This document shows, piece by piece, positions 13,192 to 27,000 of a DNA stretch of 64,000 nucleotides. Source of the stretch: Octopus sinensis. Lineage: Eukaryota. The notes beneath the pieces were generated by a model, which saw only the letters and a list, made by a program, of their open reading frames with translations, was not told the DNA's origin and ran no database searches. The first letter of the stretch is position 1. Every line of letters starts with the position of its first letter. Made by a program: the position numbers and the translations under genes. The stretch is from contig NC_043004.1 of assembly GCF_006345805.1 (NCBI RefSeq), positions 44,144,001 to 44,208,000 of the forward strand, given 5' to 3'.

Positions 13192-14129
13192 GCATATGTA
13201 AGCCTGTATGCAACTTTGTTGGTTAAATAAACTGATGTAAACATACTGTTATTCTTTGCAGCGTCAGGCGGACGAGCTGTAGTCTCGTATTCGGATATTA
13301 TCAGTGAATTCATACCGTGTTAATATCACGATGCCACAGCATATAAACCTATTGTATTGAAGACTTAAGATAATCGATTAGATACACCGAAGCTGTTCAA
13401 GACGACGCCGAACTTTTACAAGAATAACATTTATTGCTTTTCTTGCAATTTCATAAGACTTTCTTGTTGATACATAAAATGTTTGTTGATATATCGCCTA
13501 CAGTCTTTGCTTGTAAGTATGAGATGCATCTGTGAACGGGTGCAGTCGTGGAGGGGTGGTTAGAAGTTTGCTTCCCAACCACATAGGCCTGCATTCATTC
13601 CCACAGCATGGCACCTTGGGTGCGTGTCTTCTATAGCCCTGAGCCCTCTACGCCTTCCCAGTGGATTTGGTGTACGGAAGCAGAAAAGAGCCAGTCGTAT
13701 CTATCTAGCTATCTATTTATCGATCAATCGATCTACCTGTCTATCTGTCTGTCTGTTTATCTTTCTCTCTTTCCCGCTCTCTCTCTCTCTCTCTCTCTCG
13801 ATCTTACTTTTCTGTTTCTCTTTCGTTTCCTCTCTCTTCCTTTCTCTAATTCTTTTTATCTCCCCTTCTCCCCCTTTCGTCTTTTATCGCTCATCCTTTC
13901 TCTAGTTCTTTTCCTCTGCCCTTCACCATTCTCTATCTGTCACTCTCTCTTCCTCACTCTTCTTCCCTTACTCTCTCGTTGCTCACACGTGACCATCGGC
14001 CATCTTTCTTTTTCTAAAATGAGTTTCTTTCTTTCCTTTCGATCGGCTAGAGGTCAATTGCATTCTTGTCTGTCTCCTGTCAATGCTTGTTCCGCTAGCA
14101 TTCGCCACCTCACTTCGTTATGGTGTAGC

Positions 14130-14400
14130 CCTTAATGTTTGTTTTCACTGTCCTGTTTTCGTTACCAAATTTGGCCTTCTGTAAATCCAAAATTTTATGT
14201 TTTGTCGAAGGCGCATCTTGTCGTAATTGCTCGAAATGCGGTGTAGATAAAACAGCCGACAACTGATGAAGGGTCGTTCTTTATGTCCCTTGTCTTGTTT
14301 TCCATCTGTTGCTTTCGTTGCCTGCAAATAATGTTCGTATTCCATGTTCCCGTATTTCATATTTCATGTTGTTTACGTTCTATGACGTCCTGTACCCACA
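14130..14400 (+). repeat. ~400-bp repeat family with split hammerhead-like motifs (possibly Penelope-derived)
   Basis: Homologous to 14640-14980 (-), 28850-29000 (+) and 29400-29800 (+); cgaaa at 14232, ctgatga at 14263. Confidence 0.6.
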
Positions 14401-14486
14401 TATGCATATGTATATGCATATATATATATTATATTATTATATGATTGAACGCAAAGCATCCATTTCCAAGTAAGTTTTATCTATCT

Positions 14487-14575
<89 letters not shown>

Positions 14576-14639
14576 TAAATAAAACATATGCATATATATA
14601 TACATATATGTACGTACCAACCTCTACATGTATATATAC

Positions 14640-14980
14640 ACACATATATGAGTACAGGACACCCAAAAAACGTCGAACACAATGAGAAACGAAAACATAG
14701 ACACAAACCCAAGGAACTGGACACTTTTTTAAACAACAAAAAAAATAGAAAAAACCCCTTCTTCAGTCGTCATGGTTTCATCTACTCTACGTTTCGAAGG
14801 TGACGGCGAGACGTTTTTTCGATAAGAAACTTTCCTTCCTGCGAAAAGCAAATCAATTAAAATTTGAGATCTTTTTGCAGAGGGGTAAAAATGGTAACAA
14901 AAAACAGGACAGTAACGGCAGTACAAAATATAAGCAGTAAAAGACAGGACAAGGAAAAACAAGATAAGAAGGGCTGTTAA
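14640..14980 (-). repeat. Same family, inverted copy
   Basis: Reverse complement aligns with 29400-29800 (cgcaggaagg...ccttcgaaac...ctgaagaagggg). Confidence 0.65.
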
Positions 14981-16551
14981 CGCCGAACGAAAAAGAGTAT
15001 TACGAACGCTGATTTTCTGTGAACGACGAACGGAGCAAAAATAATTACAACTGTGTTTCGTGGTCTCCTACCACAACAGCTCCTTTATAGCATCCAGTTA
15101 GCTCAAGACATCATCAGGAGGAACCACGTCCGGTTTCGGCGCCTACTCCTCTCCCGTTTTTACGTGGCTCCCCCACCCCACCCTTCGGAGGTGTCTTGAG
15201 CTCTGGTGTTGGGTACATGTCTTCTTTCTTCTTCTTTCTTCTGCTCTCTGGCCTCTTCGAAGTATCGTCAGCTAGTGTCAGCCGGTGACTGACTGACTTG
15301 TCAAATTTTTCCCTTTAAAACCTGCCCCTAGGCTCCAGCAGCTAAATGTTGCAGGTAAAATTTTAGTCTCCAACTCGCTTGTTAGTTGTTAAATTTTAAA
15401 TATACCCTATTTCGACAATCACCTTAAAATTCCCTAGAGCATGTTTCATTAACTTTACTGAGGTCGAAAAAGAGAAATGTTAATCAAGCTCTATAAACAC
15501 TAAGAAACATTTCTTTCCGTATAAATTTCGTTTGTACCATACAATCTTACAAACAAAGAAATACGTTAGATAATATCGCAATGATCTTAAATGAAACAAA
15601 AATATCCATTTTGAATTACCGGCAATCTAGTAAGATTCAAGTTAAGAACATCTAAATAATTAGCGAGTAAACAAAAGAGTTTTTCGTGGTTAATGGCGGG
15701 TAATAACAGTTTAATACTAGCCATCATAGACCGAAAGTTTATTCTAAATAACGGCTCCTATTATGTACGAATCAATGTAAGTAGCTGTGTAGAGAAAGAA
15801 AGCAAAGTCAGCATTTCATATGCATTCTTTGTTCCGAAGATTAAGATCAGAAAATAAGTCCAGAGAGTTTTGTATTTGAGGGAGATTTTAAAACCAAATT
15901 CTACTAAACATTCAAAGGTTTCTCTATTCTATTATTCATGTATTTTTCTTATCTGCCTTAAATGTTTATACTCGAAATGTTATATCCCTTTGTTTTCCCA
16001 TACTGCGAAATAGTTTACATTAATATTCAACATTTATGTTTCGTCATTATACTTTTGCTAACTGAGATCCAGAATGAATTACTCGGATTCTTGAGTGTGT
16101 ACTGGAACCATGTTGTTAATTATTTCTACCGAAGATAAACAAACATATAAAAAAAACAAGTGGTTAATGATATTATTTGAGATTTAAATTTGAATTTTAA
16201 ATCAGAATTCGATTTGAAGCCAAAGTGAGATACTTTAAAGACTTTAAAGCTGAGAATAATTAATAGCAACAGTTCATTGACATCTGTTTAAAATTTTATT
16301 TTAACCAAATACCATTAACAATCAAATAAACAAGAAAAAAATTAACTTAGAAGCAATTTCAAAGCGGCACTTGTGACCAGCTTGACAAAAGACCCTTATA
16401 CGTTTTCAGAAAAAAATTAATGGTGGCTGATAAAAAAAAAAAAAAAATTCTTTTCTAAGGTGGATATTGTCAGAAAGAATAAGTTTAAGTACAGAGATAA
16501 TAAACCAACAAATTGGAGAAATGTCTATCTATCTATCTATTTCGCTCTCTC

Positions 16552-16593
<42 letters not shown>

Positions 16594-16689
16594 GAGACAG
16601 AGAGAGAGACAGAGAGAGACAGAGAAAGAAAGAGAGACAGACAGACAGAGGAAGAGACATAGAGTGAGAGATGGAAATAAAGAGGTCTG

Positions 16690-18730
16690 ATGATGTGCCG
16701 AACAATTGGTGATAGGCAAAACTCTAGTGTTAGATGTGCGGGAACATGGGAGCAACCTGCTTTCCATGTGGTGGAACTATAAGAAAGCCTTTGACTCCGT
16801 CCCCCACTCATGAATACAAGCAGTAACTGTATTATCATTGATAACGTATAGTATCGCAGAGTGTATTACAAGGGGAAATCTCACCGTGACGCTGCTCATA
16901 ACTTCAGTCAACCGCCCTGGCATTTAAGCTGAGGAAATCTGAATTCTATCTCAGGGATACACCAAAAGAGAGAAATACCAGCATTGCACGGTGCTTCTTT
17001 GTGGATGACATGAAACCCTATGTCAAGTGTATACATGAGATGAAAAAGAGCCACGACCTGGTTATAACACTCATAAGTTGGAGTTTGGTCAGGATAAATC
17101 TTCCTATGTGACTATGCAAAGAGGGAGAACAGTAAACCAGTCTAAGAGCATCTCCATCAATGACTTAATTGTTTCTCCTATATCTAAGAGGTATGTTACG
17201 GGTGTCTAGAGATACATGAAAACATCTTACGATGATATTTTTAATAGTCAGCAGGTGTCACTAAAAATTGTTAGAGCCGGATCAGCGAGACATGGACGTC
17301 GGGAATCACTGTATTCAGTAAAACAATGCGTCACAATATGTTAGCACTAGAAGTACTTAACAAAAACATGCGTGATACTTGATTGGTCTCTTGATAAGCC
17401 ATTGATGTGACAAGCTGCAAGATACTGACCGGCAAAAATAATTTTCACATCAACAGCGACGCATAACGCCTCTGTCTAAAACGAAAACAAGGAGGTAGAG
17501 GTTTAACATCGATCCAGACTGCCTTTGAATGTCACATCACATTAGTGCAGCAACATACGTCAGTTTTCAAGTATCGAAATGGATTCCCAGACCAGGTTCG
17601 GATACACGAGGTAGATAACATCATAATGCTCCTCTTCCTGCAACATTACTTGTCTGATAACATTGAATAAACACCCAGAGGATTTACACCAATGTACAGC
17701 AACATATCATCAGATGAAAGGATAGGAGCATATCAGAAGAAGACCCTGCATGGATATATTAGGAGAAAGCTCAAGGGTGACAGGGAATATTGACAATTAA
17801 ATCAGTCTATCATTGTCCAATTACCAGATTATTAAGCCTCATTTGAAGCGTTTGCGTTTGGAAGCCAGGAACAGGAAATAGCAACCAAATACCCGATGCA
17901 CAAAAGGGACAGAGATGCTAGGAAAACGACAAAATATGATAGGCGATGCAAACTTTGTTGAGATAACACCAAAGATATCACTCACATCGCAAGCATTTCT
18001 CCATAAAGGAAGAATCGCTTCCTTATGTACAAATGAGCCATGATGTAGGCAACACACTTTACAATGAGGTCCGTTTGAAACGCCATCATGAAGTCAAAGA
18101 GATAGGAACGCACAGTACGATAGATGCCACAGGCAATCATAGTATAAAATAACACTGGCAAAATGTGCCAGTAATACCTCTATAAAATGCAAACATAATA
18201 GACCAGACATAGTAGTTTAGGACAGAGAAGAGGATTATGGGAAATCTGTTTCCTTGTGGATGTCATCATAGAGTTAAATATCAGTAAAACAGAAAATACC
18301 AACTCTTAAGTTTTGAGAAATTTACGACTGACTTACCCAGATTGCAAGTTCTGGTTTGTACCTGTAATTATTGGGGGGGGGGATTTGTGACAAACTTCCT
18401 AAGTGTCAATCTTAAGTAATTCTCGAAACAATAAAAGAGAAAGCTAACGAGAAGATAACAGATTCAAACCATACACGGGACTGTCAAAATTCTGTAGACC
18501 TTTCCAATAGTTTAGCATTGGAATATATATGCGATGTATTGACTTGCAACTATATGCATGAGAAAACATTCATAAAACAAAACATTCAAATCCACACATG
18601 CACTGATTCAAAGAACTGCAAATATACGCACAAACGTGCATAAGACTTGTTAATATTCTTGGAGCTGGGTTACAAACCGGCTCTTTCTCTTTTGGTCAGA
18701 TATCTAGAATGAAAAGTAAATTACATACAT
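16690..18730 (+). mobile_element. Degenerate R4/Dong-clade (RLE) non-LTR retrotransposon
   Basis: YKKAFDSVPHS at 16778, FVDD at 16998, EFGQDK, zinc-finger remnant RRCKLC..DITHI, HNRPDIVV at 18194, PVIIG; many stops and frameshifts. Confidence 0.85.
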
Positions 18731-19319
18731 ACACACAATAACAAATATCAAAGAATATATTGATTATATTATTTAATCATTACTGATTGTAACTAATTAT
18801 CTATGTTGGAAGCTATTTGTTTCTATCTATGTAGGGTGTCTTTTATAACAAATGGCGGAGATGATTCCACTAGCAGAACTTAGTAAAACATAATATACCG
18901 CTTGAGTCTAGATTAAATAAATGCAAATACATACATAAATGAAAAACTGCATACAGAGACTAATGTTTTTAACGTAAATTTAATTTGAAGATAAAACAAA
19001 GAAAAAACAATAAAAAAATAAACATAGAGCAATATTCGTACGCTAACGAGTTGCATAAACTAAATCATAAAAGTGCTTTGAAGTGAAGAAAGCATATTCA
19101 AAATAAGTTGAAAATATAAATGATATTGAAGCCCAGACAGATATGTTCTTTTCTATTCAGTAGATAAAAAAAAATAACTGATCCGTACATTTATCATTCC
19201 CAACGTGACGGTGAAGATTGATTTTCATATCTCTGCTCTTATTTCAACACCTGTCGTAAAAATAAGAAGGGAGCGGGATATGCAGATTCCCAACGCTCTG
19301 TCTAGGTATTACTGGTCAT

Positions 19320-19378
<59 letters not shown>

Positions 19379-19435
19379 CCGAATGAGATAACAATCCAAG
19401 GCTGTGAGGAGTTTCCGGGACATTTATCATGACAT

Positions 19436-20250
19436 GGTCTTACAGCTCTTTCTGGGATATCATGGATATTACTTAATCAGAAACGACAGCGTGAGGAAAT
19501 ATTTGTGTTCGAATAATTGTGGAAAAGATAGGGAATATAGTGGGAAATTAGAAACTGAAAGTTAAAAGAAGATATATAAATATATTGTAGTTGCAGTTCC
19601 ATTATTCGAGGAAAATGGTGTATAGTAGTGGTAAAAATGTTTCCTGTACATGGTGTGTAAGTTCCAGTAGCAGTTCATATTTAGTCATTTCAAAGCATAG
19701 AGCCGTGGAGTCTGTGTTGCTCGTTCGAAAGTGTTTTGTGGTGTGAATGAAAATTCGAGAATGTATTGGTAGTATTTATGGATAGATGGAGGGAGAGGAG
19801 ATGTGTATGATTAGAAAGAGGAGAAAGGTCAAATCTAAAAGAGAAAGGAAGAGAAAATGAGTGGAAGAAAAAAAGAAAAATACAAAAAGAAAAGGGGAGA
19901 GAGAAAAAAGCAGGGAGTGAAAATAATGAAGAAATGGTGAAGCAAGTGCGAGAAGGAGTTTAGTTAATGGTCAAGATTATATGATGGGATGAGTGGAGAG
20001 GCGTAGGTGAGGGAAATAACTATTAGAACCTATATAACATGTACAGGAAACAATTTTACCACTTCTATATACTATTTTCTTCGAATGATGGAACTGCAGC
20101 TACAATATCTTTATATATCTTATTTCTACGTTCATTCTATTATTTTCCGCCATATTTTCTATCTTTTCCACAATATTTCGAAATCAAATATTTTCTCACA
20201 CTGTCTCTGATGAAGGGATGTCCATGACATCCCAGAAAAAGCTGTAAGAC
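19436..20250. repeat. Diverged ~240-bp inverted repeat with decayed hammerheads at the outer ends
   Basis: 19436-19675 is the reverse complement of 20018-20250; the spacer is purine-rich. Confidence 0.85.
20203..20250 (+). ncRNA. Hammerhead ribozyme with C15.2>A mutation
   Basis: GUCU-CUGAUGA-A-GGGAUGUC cau GACAUCCC-A-GAAA-A-AGCU-GUA-AGAC. Confidence 0.7.
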
Positions 20251-21014
20251 TATTATTATTATAAATGTCCTGAAAACCCCTCACTCGTATCATTAGCGAA
20301 CCAAGAGTTTAACCACGGTCTATCTATAGCACTTACGTAGAGTTACCTGGTACTCTTTGGGTTTCCTAGACCCCAATACCTCTCATACACTCAGTATGTA
20401 TATATATATATTATCTGTGTGTGTGTTGGGGTTTCATGGCATACTGCATGTATGTGAAAACGTACTTCTTGGAGAGTAGGCGAATCGGCATAACACCAAT
20501 TTTAATAACGTTGATAGGGGCAGATGTTTTTATTGTGTGAGTATACATACACATACACACCACCACACCCAACACAACCCCCCATATATATGCTTGTAAT
20601 ACGTAAGGATAAAATTCATTATTTAATGATTTATCAGTGTCCAGCATACTAACAATGCCATTATGGCTAATTTATATGAAAATTATAATAATGACTATGA
20701 TTACGTACAACGTCTGTCTGCTAGGATTTTAAGTTCGTACATACGTGCGGAATGCATGTATATTACTCGTGCTTGTACGACTGTATAATTGCAATATATT
20801 TCTCATTTGTTTGCGACTGGTATGTGCTACGGATGAGTGGAAAGGGATTTTAATACCACAAACCACAAAATCTAAAGATATGGTACTATTCAAATTATTT
20901 TATAGATCCTCTCTGTCCATTTCCTTCGCTTACAATCTTGTGGTATTGGTGTAATAATTTTAAGTGGTTTATAGAACTATTTCTGGCAGACAGATGGTGG
21001 AATTTGTTACCGTC

Positions 21015-21430
21015 CTCTTTTACTCTTTTACTTGTTTCAGTCATTTCACTGTGGTCATGCTGGAGCACCGCCTTTTAGTCGAGCAAATCGACCCCAGGAC
21101 TTATTCTTTGTAAGCCTATTACTTATTCTATCGGTCTCTTTTGCCGAACCGCTAGGTTACGAGGACGTAAACACATCAGCATCGGTTGTAAAGCGATGTT
21201 GGGGGGACAAACACAGACACACAAACACATACACACACACGTACATATATATATATATACATATATACGACGGGCTTATTTCAGTTTCCGTCTACCAAAT
21301 CCAATCACAAGGCTTTGGTCGGCCCGAAGCTATAGCAGAAGACACTTGCCCAAGGTGCCACACAGTGGGACTGAACCCGGAACCATGTGGTTGATAAGCA
21401 AGCCACTTACCACACAGCCGCTCCTACGCC
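21015..21430 (-). mobile_element. tRNA-derived SINE family B
   Basis: Head ggagcggctgtgtggtaagtggcttgc with B box ggttcagtcc; internal (TA)(TG) tract; tail gtaaaagagtaaaagag. Confidence 0.92.
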
Positions 21431-21951
21431 TACAGTCCTTACTATAATTTTTATTTGCATTGACCTTTATGGTACTGTTAATATGCTGGCCACTAATAAA
21501 CCATTAAATAATGACTTAATTTTTATTATGCATAAAAATATTTATTAATTCATACTTCTAACATATTTACTGCAGAATTATTCTGAGTTAATAACCACAT
21601 GGTTGAAACGGTCGCCTGGATTTAAAGTTAATGCATACGTGCGGAATGCATGTATATCACGCGTGCTTGTACGTCTGTATAAATGCGGTATGTATATGCA
21701 TTTCTAAGTTTTTTGGGACTGGCATGTGCCACTTTTGAGTGGAAAGTTATTTTACTATCACAAACCATGAAATCTTAAGACATGGTTCTATCCAAATTAT
21801 TTTATAAATCCTCTCTGGCCATTTCCCTCGTTTACAAGCTTGTGGTACTGGAGTAATAATTTTAAATGGTTTATAGAACTTTTGGCGTCTATTTCGAGCA
21901 GAGACGGGGTAATTATTTATCGTCCTTATTATAATTTATACTATCTATCTA

Positions 21952-22012
<61 letters not shown>

Positions 22013-22013
22013 C

Positions 22014-22053
<40 letters not shown>

Positions 22054-22081
22054 AAAAGAAAAACAGGACGCAAAGGATTTT

Positions 22082-22174
22082 GCGGTACATATATTTCGGG
22101 CTTTATTGAACAACTTATTCTTGTATCAATGCATAATTGATATAACAGATATATCAAAAGCCTTCTTCAGCCGC
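22082..22174 (-). ncRNA. Type I hammerhead ribozyme (Penelope pLTR-like)
   Basis: GCGG-CUGAAGA-A-GGCUUU...AAAGCC-C-GAAA-UAUAUG-UA-CCGC; helix III AUAUAUGU (U.G wobble). Confidence 0.7.
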
Positions 22175-23172
22175 GTACAATTACCACGCCAAAGACATGT
22201 ATCACATTATAATAGGTTTGAGAAAGAGTTTGAGAAAAACCGAGTTTCATTGGGAACGTAAATCTTCATAGGCGTATATGGTGTTTTACAAATATAAGTT
22301 TGATAGGTTTTTGGTAATCTTTTCAGTGTGGTTTTAAAACATCATAGTGCACTTGAGTAAGAAGCTGTTGCATGCGAATTTACATCCAGATGTAGGTGGT
22401 CAATCTGCAGTATCTTGGAGAATTTTTCCAGTTCATTTTTAAAAATTGCATTTCTTTTTCTTTTATTTGTTTACAATTTCTATTGAATAAATTTCCGTTG
22501 CGATAAGAAAATTGTGCATCTATAGTATATGTGATGAGATATGTAGAATATTTGTTAAAGCAGTAGTCATAAATGAAGTCACCATAATGTCCAATACTCT
22601 GTGTTCCACCTTCTTTCGTAATTGCCTGGTATTCCGACGTTACATTCCACTATTTGAATATGTAATTGTTTCACTCGCCCTGCCTCCCTGAAATTTCTGG
22701 GAAAATTACCAAGATAATGGTTATTGCTTGCAGTATTCCCATGATAGCGAAAATGTGAAATGGAATGCGAAAACTCTGGATAATTTCCATGCCGAACTTT
22801 CACAAAAGAAGACTTTTGGAGATACAAAGATAGGGATTTACTACGTAAATTTTGTCTAATATCCTAAAATATATTCGAAGTGCAGATAATTCAAAGAACA
22901 AATCAAAATCTCAACGAAAGGACAAGGTGAACTAAAACTGGAAACTCAAGGCACCAGAAATTAAAAGCAACTAAAAAACACACACACACTTACACAAATA
23001 AACCCGAAATAACTCACACAAAAGTACGATTCACTTCTTAGATCAATCAATTTACATCTGTCGATCGCTGGCTCGATCGAGTAAATCTATCAATCACGAA
23101 CTTATAATGAATATTGCAAACAGTCGTAAGTGATTATGCAATGAGCATCATTTATGCCTTGTGTATATATAA

Positions 23173-23231
<59 letters not shown>

Positions 23232-23240
23232 ATATAATAT

Positions 23241-23272
<32 letters not shown>

Positions 23273-23354
23273 GTTTATATATATATCTATATATATGCAT
23301 ATATATACACATGCATATATATGTATATACATATATATATATATATGACAGATG

Positions 23355-23406
<52 letters not shown>

Positions 23407-23733
23407 TTGACCTTATAGTAAAGGATAACATAGATCTATATTCCATTTTATTCAGCAGTTAATTACTTCCTTTCATTTCTGTACCTATACATACTTCTGC
23501 AGCAAGTAATGCACACACCAAATTTTGCATCTTATTGTTAGTTGCCGCTTCTTCAGAGTGGATTCAACGGATTCAACTGCCTTGTTCAGACAGAATCTAG
23601 ATTAAATACAAATGCAGCTGAAATACCTGTGGTGTTGTCATAGCCTAGATCCTGACCTTTTCAACCGTGCTGGTTAAAAGCAAATTGATTAGCTAGCCGA
23701 GGAATTGTAGCCATCTTCAAACGTAAACCAGAC

Positions 23734-24090
23734 TTAGTTAGTTAGTTAATTTTTTGGCTCAAAAGCAAAAAGCAAGGCCATGTAGGGGGAAATGGAGTTA
23801 AGTACAGGGTGGTGTTCATGTAAAGAGTTCAGGCCACTTGAGGTCAAGGGAGACTTTGAACAAAGCGGTCGTCGGCATCTTCACCATCTCGTCTGGCAGC
23901 TTGTTCTAAGGAATCCGCAACCCGGACGGAGAAAGCTCCTCTCCATCGATTGAGATGAAATCGTCGAAGGTAGAGCTTTTCGGAATGACCCCGCAGCCGA
24001 CGCTCTGGAGCAGGAGTGAAGAACAGCTCTTTCGAGAGGTTACACTCTCCGCTTATGATGTTGTGAGCGAGAATGAGATCTTAAATGGGA
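23734..24090 (-). mobile_element. CR1 LINE 3' end with (TAAC)n tail
   Basis: Translates DLILAHNIISGECNLSKELFFTPAPERRLRGHSEKLYLRRFHLNRWRGAFSVRVADS*NKLPDEMVKMPTTALFKVSLDLKWPELFT*. Confidence 0.88.
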
Positions 24091-24464
24091 AGTACTAGTA
24101 TTAATGCGTAGTATCAGGTTATCTTAAGTATATTTTTTTTATTGTTCTGATCCCTCTCCCTAATATTGCTCTTTCTACTACTATTATTATTGTTAGTAAT
24201 GAGCTATAAGTCTATTATTATTAGTAAAGGGCCATAAGTCTATTATTGTTAGTAATGAGCTATGAGCCTATTATGTAATTACCTGATTTTATAATTATAT
24301 TTAATTCATTTAAATTTAAGGATATCATTAATTTCTCGCCCAAATTGTTAATTTATGTAGGAGTTTATATTTAATTATCCTCTCGATTGGCTATTGTTTA
24401 CTTCATGTCAATTCTAATTTTAATATTATATATAATGCAATTACTGAAGTGAAGGAAACATATG

Positions 24465-24805
24465 TTAAGTTTGATGAATACAAAGTAATGCGCGCTCACG
24501 ACTACTGGTTAATTGATTTGAATTCTGATGTAAAATTTGGTAATTTTCTTTCAAACACAATTCAGACCGTTTGCTTACTCTGCTATAAGGCTTCGCTTTA
24601 GTAATTGTTTCCTGGGTAATTTTATATTCTTTATATTTATCCTTTAAGGACCAAATTAGCTTACTTAATCTAGTGTTATTCCTGTTCTTGTGGTCTCTAA
24701 ATGTGTTATCGGGATTGGAATTTCTACTTTGCATATATGTTTTGCAAGCGCCGATATGATAATATACTTGACCTTCTGAGATTACTTTGCAACTACATAG
24801 TGTTT
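24465..24805 (-). mobile_element. Penelope-like element GIY-YIG endonuclease fragment
   Basis: CKVISEGQVYYHIG...FRDHKNRNNTRLSKLIWSLKDK...ITKAKPYSRVSKRSELCLKENYQIL matches the PLE GIY-YIG C-terminal pattern. Confidence 0.85.
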
Positions 24806-25035
24806 TTGTATACATATATATATATATAGAATATGAATTAGAAATAAAACCACTATTATACAACTCAAACAGTGATAGACATTAACCAATACATAAATAA
24901 GAAATAATATAAATATAATTAATATAATATATAATATATATATATATATCTATATATATATAAATATATATACATACTCTTGTACTCTTAAACTTGTTTC
25001 AGTCATTTGACTGCGGCCATGCTGGAGCACCGCCT

Positions 25036-25116
<81 letters not shown>

Positions 25117-25189
25117 CCTTTCTACTATTGGCACAAGGCCTGAAATTTTGTAGGGAGAGAAAGTCAAAACTCGAAAACGTTACTTAAGG

Positions 25190-27000
25190 GTTGTCCAAAA
25201 GAGGAAAGTATCCGTATTCAGTCCCTTCAATCTGGTTCACCACACATCCTCTTTAGCTACGGTCACCAGACAGAGGAACACTGCCTACCTTTCACTGCGA
25301 AAGGGAGGTGGCGGAGATCTTCACAATGGACTCAGCTGATAGCCTATATATGGCACCAGATATCGGGCATAAACTTAGAAGTCAGCAATACTGAGGTACT
25401 AGACGAGAGAGGGCAGAAGAGTTTCTTTTTTCTGTGTGTATCCCGCCGAGCGCAGCTGATAGCACTTCCATATCAGCAGAGTTTATCCCGTGAACCAACA
25501 ATAATTCCTGGTAAGAAATTCAGTCCAGGGATATCTGGAAATTACCCACGGGTCAGTGGCCGAAAATCCTCCAGAGCAAAGCAGGCAAGGCAGCTGTTGC
25601 TCGTCGGCGTCCAGATTCTCTCTGAGAACGTCGTCACACTTGCTCATCACTAACCTTATATAGAACAAAAAATTGGAGCTTCAACCGACCACATTGTCAG
25701 ACGGACATAAGATTATAAATGGCTGACGACACTTTGGGTTCCAAGTTTCCTGCCTCGGTCAACGCTTCATCCAGAACTGTAGCTCAGTCAAAGTGACTCA
25801 CTTTGGAAAAGTGAGACTGACAAACGGCAAACACAATTGCTTACTGACTAGGAAGCGCTGGAGATATCGTAGCCTTAGCACATGTCTGTGCATCAGCAGC
25901 CACAGCACACCTAGTATTCCAATAAGCAAATTTTAACAAATGATTGCCCAATGCGTCCCTTCCGCACAAATTAGAAGAGTATATGCTCCAGTTTGATCAA
26001 ACATAACTTGGGACAATTGTCATCTCACGTTTCAGAAAATCTTTCTCTCGGTATATATCTAGGTGAGATTAGCTGCCCTACTCGTCACCTAGTCTAAAGC
26101 TCTCCTCGACCTGGAGATCCGAACCAAATCAGTAAGGCTTCTCTCGTACCGATGATGCAGGTCGTGCTATTGTTTTTTTTTTATATTGCTTGATACCAGT
26201 GTTTGCTGCTGAAGTTGTCTCCTGTTGTCCTTTTGTTGCTGATCCTGTTATTTTAGATACTGCTGCTTTTTTTCCACTGGTGATGTGGGTTTTGGTTTTT
26301 GGTAGTGGAGCCACTGTTGTTTTTGCTGCTGTTCTGTCAGAGATGTCTGTGTCAGCGGAGTCTATTCTTAGCATGGAAGGCAAATACATTCTTTTCTCTT
26401 CTACTATAAATAATTGTGTTCTATTAGGCATCTGCTCATGGATGGTTTTTATACCGAGCATATCGGCATGCGTCTACTGATCCATCCACACGCCTGACCA
26501 TGTTTTTCTTTTCCAAGAATATTTGTATTCTTGCCTATGCTGGTATGGTATCCGCCAAGTGATGTCCATTTCTGGAGGAATCTAAGCTGACTCTCGTTTG
26601 ACAACCCTCCAACCAAGGTATTTCGGAATTAGCCGAGTTTTTGCTGCATTTTCTTTGACTAATTATTCAGTTGAGAATCGTACTGTGACAAAGTGTTTCC
26701 TACGGGTGATATTAAGTATAGAATCCCAGACCGGTCTCAGGCATTTTGCGATCTATTCCTGCATCTTTCGCTCCAGTTTCCTCGTCTTTAATATAATACA
26801 TTTATATATAAGGGTTTTAGCTTAGTGTCTACCTGCATTTCTTCCTGTGTATTAAGGATGTCTGTTCTGCTATCTTTTGTTAAGTGCCGCTCAGCGTCAC
26901 CTCAAATATTTTCTGTCAACCCAAACTTTTCCATTTTCCAATAAGCTTATGTGAAACCGTTACCATTATACTTAGGAAAAAGAACGGCCGCTATTGTTGT
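25190..27000 (-). mobile_element. Degenerate, apparently internally deleted Tx1/L1-clade LINE (ORF1 remnant plus ORF2 3' part)
   Basis: ORF2 remnants LIKLEHILF*FVRKGR, MHRHVLRLRYLQRF, LSAESIVKI, AVFLCLVTVAKEDVW*TRLKGL; upstream IPPEMDITW and a K/T-rich ORF1-like region. Confidence 0.65.

Noticed and set aside
15095-15205. Type II hammerhead-like arrangement on the minus strand (GAAA...CUGAUGA with a GUCUUGAGCU stem)
   Set aside because: The helix II partner is not adjacent to GAAA, and only 4 nt are available for helix I.
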